DNA from: Bdellovibrionales bacterium
GTDB taxonomy: Bacteria > Bdellovibrionota > UBA1018 > JADZFF01
NCBI GenBank assembly: GCA_020850015.1
Contig: JADZFF010000084.1
Span: 1 to 23,235, forward strand
DNA: 23,235 bases
Direction: 5' to 3'
Position numbers and translations under genes: made by a program. The stretch's first letter is position 1, and the number at the start of each line of letters is the position of its first letter. Positions 6,495-12,998 of this stretch are shown piece after piece. A model generated the notes under the pieces. It did no database searches and was not told the origin of the DNA. It saw nothing but the letters and a program-made list of their open reading frames with translations.

Positions 6495-8881
6495 CCGGCC
6501 ACCTTCTTGATTTTGGCGAGCGTGCCATCAGAGCTCGGAGGTGGCGGAGCGGCCTGGAAAGCGTTGGGAGCGGTGCCGTCGCCGTATCCATTCGAGGCAA
6601 ACATGCGTTCGTTGGTTTCCACCAGGTTGATCTTGCCGTCCGTGGACATCTTCTTGATGCGGTTGAGGATCTTGCGCTCCACGCCCGCGTAGGAGTCGCG
6701 ACCCTGCACCTGCACGGCCTCGAGCTCCTCCTCGAGCTCCGCAACCAGGTCGCGCGGGCACTTGCTGAATACCATCTGCCGAATCTCGGCAGTGGTGCCC
6801 TTCAGGAACTGCAGGAGCTCGTCGTGCCTGAGGCTCAGCACCACCTCGAGCAGGTGCTGGTCGCGCAGGTAACGGAGCGTCTCCAAGCTGATCAGCTTGT
6901 TCTTCACGCTGTGCGCGCTGTCCGGGTTGCTGCTCTCCAGGTGACCCACGACGCTTTTCTGTACGTCGAGCCCGGTCTTTTCGAGCAGGCTCACGAGCAC
7001 GTCGGTTCCCGGCAGGGCCTCCGTGTTCAGGCGCGGGTTCTCGTGCCGCTTGCGCTTGAGGGCGCTCGCCACATTGCTGATGTAGTCCTTAGGCAGGTGG
7101 TCGATCCGCGAAAGCTCCGTGAGGATGCTGGTCTTCGTCGTCTCGTCGAGCCGGCGATACACGGCGTCGCGCTTCTGGGGATCGCACTGCGTGAGCACGA
7201 TCGCCTTCACGGTCAGGGACTCGTTGCGGACCAGCTCCAGGACCTGCATGTCGTCCATGTCCACCATGAACTCGAACAGGGCCGTGGATCGGTTACCCAT
7301 GACATAGAGCTTGGACGCGACCGTGATGTTGTGGAGCGCGCGCAGGAGCTCGAGCTTCTCCTCGTCGGAGAGCTTGATCGTGTTCCTGGCGTAGAACTCA
7401 AGAAGCTCGGTCACGTCGCGCTGCAGGCTCGGGTCGCGAAGCATGTCGACGACGATGCCTTCACCGAAGATTTCGATGTACTGCGCGGTGGCTTCCACGC
7501 CCTCCTCGGTGAGGATTCGGCTGAATACCTGCTTCGCCACCTTGGGATTCTCGGCGTAGACCTTAGAGAGGGATTCGATGAAGCCTTCGATCTCGTATCT
7601 GAGCTTCACGCGCGAGGCGCGGTCGTCGCTGCCGGACCCGGACGAGGCCTGAGCGGCGTTGCCGTTGCCCAGGGGGTCTGAGATCAGGTTCTGGAAAATT
7701 CGCTGCACCGGACCTGCGGCATCCGGGTTGCCGTGCGGGCGGTAGGCGGCGAGCGCAAGGAAGATCAGAAGAGAGAGAATCGCGCAGGCAAGCACGAGCC
7801 CGTAGACCTTGAACTTGTTGAGCTCGGCCTGGACGGCGTCGCCGCTCTCCACCCGCTCGATCTTCTCGAATCGCTCGAACTTCTCAGAGCGATTCGTATT
7901 GTCCTGTGAGGAATTGGACGAATTGTTCTGGGACACGGTCTGGTTCTTCTCGGAGCTCGAGAGGCTGCGCTGGTCGAGATACCTCGAACGCGCGTCCCGC
8001 GTGAGCTTCGATGCGGCGTCGGAGCCCCCCTGGCCCACCGAGGCGATACCCCGCGAGACACGGCTCCTGAACTCGGCCATGCGCTCGGGCGACGGGAACT
8101 GCACGGAGCTTCCGTCCACCTCGACGTTCTTGTACATCGCGTTGCGGAGACGGGCCATCTCGAGGATCGAGGAGCGCTCGTCGGGGAAGAGGCCGGAATC
8201 CATCAGGATCTTCGCGCCGATCTTCCGCACGCGCACGGCGGTGTCGCCGTCCTGGAGGAACTCTCCCGTGGATCCGTACTGGGCCTCCTCGAGGTTCACG
8301 GGATCCAGAGCCACGTCGAGGTCGCTCAGCAGGCAGCGGTCCGGGCAGTACTTGTTGAACAGCTCCTCGAGGTTGGAACGGATCTCTTTCGTGACCTTCT
8401 CGCGGATCTCGGCCACCTTGCGGCTGCTCGAGGCCGGCTGCGGGAAACGGATCACCTTCTGCTCGATCGTCACGGGGTAGGAGAGCGCATCGAGGTGCTG
8501 CTGCACGAGGTCCATCACCTTGCCACGCGACACTGGCCCAAGCATCTCGTCCACGAGGATCTTCAGAAGGACGCTCGACGCCCCGATCTCGAGGGATCTG
8601 CTCTGAATGGACTCATCGAAACCCGGCGCGATGGTGTCCGGAATCAGCGTGTCCACGGACGACTCCACCGCCAGTACCTTGCAGTGATCGGAGCAGTAGC
8701 GCTCCAGGAGCGGTTCCACCAACGAGCGAACCTGATTCTCCGCCTCGCGCTTCGCCCGATCCACGGAGCCGGGCCCCGGGGCGCCCGACGCGGGCTGGGA
8801 AAGGGCCGCGAGGGCCAGCGCCGTCCCGGCGAGGCCCGCGCACGCGGCCGTCAGTTTTCTGAAAGAGAAATCCGTTCTCAT
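6488..8881 (-). CDS. Bitopic inner-membrane protein: signal peptide + two periplasmic ring-building-motif-like repeats + TM helix + complete FliG-like (N/M/C) cytoplasmic module
   Basis: The cytoplasmic part (aa ~445-760 in ORF numbering, 6623-7570) is collinear with T. maritima FliG as recalled. FEFMVDMDDMQVLELVRNESLTVKAIVLTQCDP aligns with FSFVRDTDPVQLVNFLQSEHPQTIAVVLSYLDP. LRYLRDQHLLEVVLSLRHDELLQFLKGTTAEIRQMVFSKCPRDLVAELEEELE aligns with ILKLDDRSIQLVLREVDTRDLALALKGASDELKEKIFKNMSKRAAALLKDELE. The TM helix VYGLVLACAILSLLIFLALAAY lies at 7742-7807. The periplasmic repeats lie at ~8453-8755 and ~8093-8425. I prefer the start at Met8 (8881), which forms an ATGA overlap with the upstream stop; the longest ORF starts at 8902. 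Confidence 0.8.
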   Translation of the reverse strand: MRTDFSFRKLTAACAGLAGTALALAALSQPASGAPGPGSVDRAKREAENQVRSLVEPLLERYCSDHCKVLAVESSVDTLIPDTIAPGFDESIQSRSLEIGASSVLLKILVDEMLGPVSRGKVMDLVQQHLDALSYPVTIEQKVIRFPQPASSSRKVAEIREKVTKEIRSNLEELFNKYCPDRCLLSDLDVALDPVNLEEAQYGSTGEFLQDGDTAVRVRKIGAKILMDSGLFPDERSSILEMARLRNAMYKNVEVDGSSVQFPSPERMAEFRSRVSRGIASVGQGGSDAASKLTRDARSRYLDQRSLSSSEKNQTVSQNNSSNSSQDNTNRSEKFERFEKIERVESGDAVQAELNKFKVYGLVLACAILSLLIFLALAAYRPHGNPDAAGPVQRIFQNLISDPLGNGNAAQASSGSGSDDRASRVKLRYEIEGFIESLSKVYAENPKVAKQVFSRILTEEGVEATAQYIEIFGEGIVVDMLRDPSLQRDVTELLEFYARNTIKLSDEEKLELLRALHNITVASKLYVMGNRSTALFEFMVDMDDMQVLELVRNESLTVKAIVLTQCDPQKRDAVYRRLDETTKTSILTELSRIDHLPKDYISNVASALKRKRHENPRLNTEALPGTDVLVSLLEKTGLDVQKSVVGHLESSNPDSAHSVKNKLISLETLRYLRDQHLLEVVLSLRHDELLQFLKGTTAEIRQMVFSKCPRDLVAELEEELEAVQVQGRDSYAGVERKILNRIKKMSTDGKINLVETNERMFASNGYGDGTAPNAFQAAPPPPSSDGTLAKIKKVAGW

Positions 8882-9660
8882 TCGGAGCTTACCTTCCTCC
8901 ACTTGGACTGGTCTGACTTGCGCTCGAGGTAGGCCTTGAGCGCAAGGTTGTTCGGGTCGAGCTTCACGGACTGCTGCCAGGAACGGATCGCAAGATCGCG
9001 GTAGCCGAGTCGGTCGAGCAGGGTCCCGCGCATCTCGTAGAGGCGCGGGTCGGTTGGGAAGCTGCGCAAGAGCGCGTCGGTCTCGAGCAGACCCGCCTCG
9101 TAACGGCCCAGGCGGAAAAGCTGTTTCACCTTGTCGAGCGAGGCGAGATAGCTCGTGCCTCCGCGCGGGCCCGGGTCCTCCACGGGCCGAAGCCCGAGGC
9201 CCTGCTCAATCTCCTGCCGCTCGCGGTCGTCGGCCGGATTGCCCTGCGGCATGCGGTTCACGATCTCCAGATCCGTGGCCGTGGGTTTGCGCTCGGTGTA
9301 GCTCTGATCCATGGGTACGCCGTCGGCGTCGAGCGAGGCCGGCCTCCGGCCTTCGCCGCCTTCGATCGACTCGGCGAACTGAGGCGTGAGCGGCACCATG
9401 AAGTCCTGGAACTCCGGCTGGTCGCCCGGCAGCTCCACCTCGAGCGAGCGATGGCCCTTCTTGGTGCGGAACACCACGCGGTCCTGGCTCTGCTTCTGAA
9501 TCCACGCGGTATCGAGGAATGGGTTCTCGATCACTCCCTTCCCCGCCCCGCCATTCGGGGAGGGGCCGAGCCCGATCGATGAGCATCCGGAGGCGATGCT
9601 CAGTACGACCAGGGCGCAGAGGGTCACCGCCGCGGTCATCACCGCGTCCATCCGGGCCAT
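8878..9660 (-). CDS. TPR-repeat lipoprotein (periplasmic)
   Basis: MARMDAVMTAAVTLCALVVLSIASGC is a signal peptide ending in a lipobox-like ASGC. The C-terminus carries two TPR-like units: LGRYEAGLLETDALLRSFPTDPRLYEMRGTLLDRLGYRDLAIRSWQQSVKLDPNN. The start is uncertain. An alternative TTG at 9720 has GGGAG upstream but would overlap the preceding gene by 29 nt. Confidence 0.7.
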   Translation of the reverse strand: MARMDAVMTAAVTLCALVVLSIASGCSSIGLGPSPNGGAGKGVIENPFLDTAWIQKQSQDRVVFRTKKGHRSLEVELPGDQPEFQDFMVPLTPQFAESIEGGEGRRPASLDADGVPMDQSYTERKPTATDLEIVNRMPQGNPADDRERQEIEQGLGLRPVEDPGPRGGTSYLASLDKVKQLFRLGRYEAGLLETDALLRSFPTDPRLYEMRGTLLDRLGYRDLAIRSWQQSVKLDPNNLALKAYLERKSDQSKWRKVSSE

Positions 9661-9691
9661 ACGGGCCCGCCGGCGATCCTGATGAGCCCCC

Positions 9692-10882
9692 TCAGAAGAG
9701 GGCACTGATTCCCAAGCCAATCTCCACTCCCGTCACTGATCCCGCCTCGCTGCCGTCGATGAACCGGGTGGCCTTGGGCCTGAAACCCAGGTTTCCGTTC
9801 ACCGCCCAGTGCTTTCCCAATCGCCATTCGTAACCCGCGCGCACCAGTCCCCCGAGGAATCCCGAGGCATAGGTGCCCCCGATCCCGGCGAAGATGCTGT
9901 GCCTCACCTGATTGAAGTTCTCGAGCTCCCCGATGAGGTTCCACGCATGCACGAAGAGCAGCGTGAGGTTGAAGCTCGCGTAAAGCTTGTTGTCCGCGTC
10001 GGTGGTGTTTCCCACCAGCTGGTTCGCGTCGAGGAGGTAGTTCAACTCGAATCCGACTTCCTTCTTCCGGTTGTCGTACCGCTCCATCATCCGGAACCCG
10101 ATGCCCAAGGTGCTGGAGTACTCTTCCACGTCCCGCTCGAAGAAATAGTAGATGGTCGGCCGGTAGAGGATCGTGGGCACGTAGTCCACGCTCTTCCTCG
10201 CGTCCTCGACCTGCGAGTAGTCCACGCCCCGGCGGAAGGCGGCGGCGCGCGAGGTCTCGGAGTTGTAGCTCTTCGACCACACCACGGCCCCAGTCTCGGA
10301 GTCCGTGATGAACATCGAGAGCATCAGACCGGTGGGCTGGTAGGCGAAGGCCACGTCCATGAAGTTCGAGATCCCGCTCTGCGAGGCCAGACGTGAGAGC
10401 TCCTGCGGGTTGCTCGTGGGCGTGGTGATCACGACGTAGTCGTTGTTGAGGCGCGCCTGCTTGGACTTGCAGGGCAGGCACTGGATGATCTTGCTCTTCG
10501 TATTGTTTAGGATCCGCTCGGTGACGAGCAGCTCGAGGTGGCTCTTGAACGACGGCGGGATGTTCTCGCTCGTGGCCACGTTGCGGATCGAGAGGTTCTT
10601 CAGCCCCTCGACCTCGCCGTTCTTCAGGTCGTACTCGAAATCGGACACGACATCGTCGAGCACCTGGTAGAAATTGCGGACGCGCTCGTCTTCGCTTGCG
10701 GCCGGCGCGGGCGCCACCGGGCCCTGCTGAAGCGGAGCTTCGGCGGTAGTGGAGGCGGCCTGGCTGGACTTCACCGCATCTGCTGCCCCCGCAGAGGGCG
10801 GAAGGAGGGCGCAGAGGGCCATCAGCCCTCCCAAGACGCCCGAAAACTTTAACGTGATGCGGCAATGCACGTGATGCTTCAC
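9692..10882 (-). CDS. Outer-membrane protein: signal peptide, periplasmic N-terminal domain, C-terminal beta-barrel
   Basis: The GTG start is preceded by GGGGAGGAAGG. The signal peptide reads LKFSGVLGGLMALCALLPPSAGAADA. The C-terminal ~200 aa show alternating hydrophobic/aromatic strands (GFELNYLL, YASFNLTLLFVHAW, FAGIGGTYASGF, VRAGYEWRL, WAVNGNLGFR). The protein ends in ...GLGISALF, with the terminal Phe typical of BAM substrates. Confidence 0.7.
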   Translation of the reverse strand: MKHHVHCRITLKFSGVLGGLMALCALLPPSAGAADAVKSSQAASTTAEAPLQQGPVAPAPAASEDERVRNFYQVLDDVVSDFEYDLKNGEVEGLKNLSIRNVATSENIPPSFKSHLELLVTERILNNTKSKIIQCLPCKSKQARLNNDYVVITTPTSNPQELSRLASQSGISNFMDVAFAYQPTGLMLSMFITDSETGAVVWSKSYNSETSRAAAFRRGVDYSQVEDARKSVDYVPTILYRPTIYYFFERDVEEYSSTLGIGFRMMERYDNRKKEVGFELNYLLDANQLVGNTTDADNKLYASFNLTLLFVHAWNLIGELENFNQVRHSIFAGIGGTYASGFLGGLVRAGYEWRLGKHWAVNGNLGFRPKATRFIDGSEAGSVTGVEIGLGISALF

Positions 10883-10985
10883 CCTTCCTCCCCAGGCTCT
10901 TCGGCGAAGTTCCTAATAGCTTGAATACGTTAGGGTTTTGACTGACTCATTTAATCTACTATAAGACCGATAAGAAAGATGAGGT
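10883..10985. promoter_or_regulatory. Divergent intergenic region, locally AT-richer; presumed promoters for the minus-strand six-gene operon and the plus-strand lipoprotein gene
   Basis: This is the only sizeable non-coding gap flanking the operon. It contains TTGAATACGTTAGGGTTTTGACTGACTCATTTAATCTACTATAAGACCGATAAGAAAG, which is much lower in GC than its surroundings. I could not assign convincing -35/-10 or sigma-54 boxes by eye. Confidence 0.35.
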
Positions 10986-11984
10986 ATGGGGGGAAGAACC
11001 ATAAAAACAGCCGCAATCCTGGGAAGCACCCTGCTTGCCGGCTGCTCTACGCCCCAGGGTGCCATTCCCCTGCCGGAGCTGCCCGAGGTGCCGGCCTACG
11101 TACGGGTTCCCCACCCCGGCAACGCCGATTTGAACGAGGTCCGGGCCCTATTCCAGAGCCCCGAGGCCCCAACTCCTGAAACCCTCGCCGCCTGCACCGC
11201 CGACTACGAGCGGATCCAGACGATGACCCAGAGCAAGGAAGACCACTCGCAGGCCGCGCAGGAGCTCGTGGGCCTGCGTCCCGAGGCCTATCACTGGTGC
11301 CTGTACTGGCAGTTCGTGCGCCTCGAGGACCGCATCAAGGAACTCCCGTACCATGACGAGCGCCAGGCCGAGGTCCTCAAGGCCTATGCCTTCATTGTTC
11401 CCGTGGCCCGCGCATTCCGCGAGGTCTACCAGGACTCGCGGTATTTGCGGATCGCCGCCTTCCGCTACCAGAAGGTCAGCGAACGCATCTTCTTCAGACA
11501 GGTGGCCCTGACCTCCGAAGGGGCACGTGACCTGCTGGCCGCCCAGTCGCTGGATCCGCACTCGGTGTGGCAAGCGATGAAAGACACTCAGTCTCCCACT
11601 TTGGAGCGGCTCGGGTTCGTGCCCCCGCCCTCCGAGGTGGACACCTTGATCAAAGAAGCCCCAGCCGGACCCGCCACGGCTGACGTGCCCGCTCCCGCGG
11701 GTGATGCGCCTCCGGCGGCCGCGACGGAACCCGCCGCTGCGCCCGCCGAAGCCGAAGTGGACTCGGAATGGGAGAAGGAGCTCCAGGCGATGGGGGACAA
11801 GGCAGAACCTCCAGCCGCGGCTCCGGTGGACCCCGCGGCGCCTCCCGCGCCCGAGGCCACCGCCCAGGCCGCGCCCCCACCGGCTGATCCGGCCCGCGCC
11901 CCCAGCGCGACGACCGAGCCCTCCCTCGAAGGAATCGAGGAGTTCTCGGCACCGACCGACCCTCCGGCAAACCCTGCCGATTGA
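10986..11984 (+). CDS. Lipoprotein with a Pro/Ala-rich C-terminal tail, family not recognised
   Basis: MGGRTIKTAAILGSTLLAGC carries a canonical lipobox, LLAGC. A globular ~200-aa region follows, then ~115 aa of PA-rich low complexity (PAGPATADVPAPAGDAPPAAATEPAAAP...). Confidence 0.7.
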   Translation: MGGRTIKTAAILGSTLLAGCSTPQGAIPLPELPEVPAYVRVPHPGNADLNEVRALFQSPEAPTPETLAACTADYERIQTMTQSKEDHSQAAQELVGLRPEAYHWCLYWQFVRLEDRIKELPYHDERQAEVLKAYAFIVPVARAFREVYQDSRYLRIAAFRYQKVSERIFFRQVALTSEGARDLLAAQSLDPHSVWQAMKDTQSPTLERLGFVPPPSEVDTLIKEAPAGPATADVPAPAGDAPPAAATEPAAAPAEAEVDSEWEKELQAMGDKAEPPAAAPVDPAAPPAPEATAQAAPPPADPARAPSATTEPSLEGIEEFSAPTDPPANPAD

Positions 11985-12026
11985 CCCCTCACGCGCCGCG
12001 CCTGACCCTCTGGATTGGGGGACTCT

Positions 12027-12998
12027 ATGCGCTGGAATTGCCCGCACTGCTCGATTGAACTGTACCTGGACGACGCTCGCGTCGGGAACGGCTGGTCCTT
12101 CGCGCGCTGCTACAGCTGCGCGGGATTCAGCCTGGTCCGCAAGTCCAACGTGAATACGATCCGGATCGACCAGGCCCCGACGCCGGAAACGATCCTTCAG
12201 CCCCAACCTTCCGTTCCGCGCGTCGAGGTCCCCGCGCAGGGGCCGGTGGCGAACGCGCTGACCCGCCTCGGCGTGGCTCAGAAGAACCTCGGAGAGGCCC
12301 AGACCTCAAGGCCGCAGGTGATCCCCGGCCGCCGCACTCAGCCGCCCGGCCAGACCACGGCGGCGGCTGCCGCCCCGGCCGCGAAAAACATCTTTGGCAC
12401 CCGAACTTTGCCTCAACCGCTTCCGCTCAACCCGCGCACCAGCTCCACTCCTAAGGCTGCGGCGGCCCGCCGTTCGCGCGGGCTGATTCCAGTCGTGCTC
12501 GGGATCATGGCCGTGCTGGTCACAGGCAGCGGCGCCTTCCTTTACGTCCAAGGGCAGAACATGTGGGACCGCGCCCGCGCGGAGCTGGGCCCGGACACCG
12601 ATGGCGTGAAGCTCGGCGCCTCGGCGCCTCAGCGCGCGGCCGGAGCCAAGGCCAGGAAGTCGCAACACAAGGACGCGACGATCTTCTCCGACCGCATCGG
12701 CCAGGGCGCCATGGCCCCCAACCGGGAAATGGGACCCGGAGCCGTGGTCCGCGCCGACGAAGAGACCGACGGGATCCCCGGCCGCATGGTGGTGCGGCCC
12801 ATCCAAAACGCGGTGAACCTGCGGATGGGCCCGGGGACGAAGTACCCCATCGTGGGCCAGGCCGACGCGACGATCACCTACACCGTGACGGAATGGCGCG
12901 AACAGTGGTTCCGCATCATCCCGAACACGGGGCCTGCGGAAGAGGCCTGGATCCGCAACGACTACGTGAACACGGTCAAAGAGACTTCGCAGGAGTGA
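12027..12998 (+). CDS. Zinc-ribbon (MJ0042-type CxxC...CxxC) - Pro-rich linker - TM - periplasmic SH3-like domain protein
   Basis: The N-terminus reads WNCPHCSIELYLDDARVGNGWSFARCYSCAGFSL (12039-12119). The TM helix GLIPVVLGIMAVLVTGSGAFLYV lies at 12480-12548. The C-terminal bacterial SH3 pattern is VNLRMGPGTKYPIVGQADATITYTVTEWREQWFRII...EAWIRNDYV (12786-12968). I prefer the ATG at 12027 (GGGGGA 4-5 nt upstream) over the TTG at 12015. Confidence 0.7.
   Translation: MRWNCPHCSIELYLDDARVGNGWSFARCYSCAGFSLVRKSNVNTIRIDQAPTPETILQPQPSVPRVEVPAQGPVANALTRLGVAQKNLGEAQTSRPQVIPGRRTQPPGQTTAAAAAPAAKNIFGTRTLPQPLPLNPRTSSTPKAAAARRSRGLIPVVLGIMAVLVTGSGAFLYVQGQNMWDRARAELGPDTDGVKLGASAPQRAAGAKARKSQHKDATIFSDRIGQGAMAPNREMGPGAVVRADEETDGIPGRMVVRPIQNAVNLRMGPGTKYPIVGQADATITYTVTEWREQWFRIIPNTGPAEEAWIRNDYVNTVKETSQE

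Noticed and set aside
9639-10865. 408-aa minus-strand ORF in another frame of the OM-barrel gene
   Set aside because: It lies on the same strand but out of frame with the 9692..10882 ORF, which has a signal peptide, an SD sequence and a barrel terminus. This one is an Arg/Pro/Gly-rich string with no such features.
10966-10973. ACCGATAA on the + strand, a 7/8 match to the sigma-28 -10 box, upstream of the lipoprotein gene
   Set aside because: No acceptable TAAA-type -35 sits at the required spacing; the 8-mer at the expected position, TCATTTAA, matches about 3/8. The implied transcription start would be only ~5 nt from the ATG at 10986.
11148-12206. 352-aa minus-strand ORF opposite the lipoprotein gene, plus small ORFs at 11588..11992
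   Set aside because: It is antisense to an ORF with a canonical lipobox start. Its Gly/Arg-rich repeats mirror the Pro/Ala-rich coding strand.
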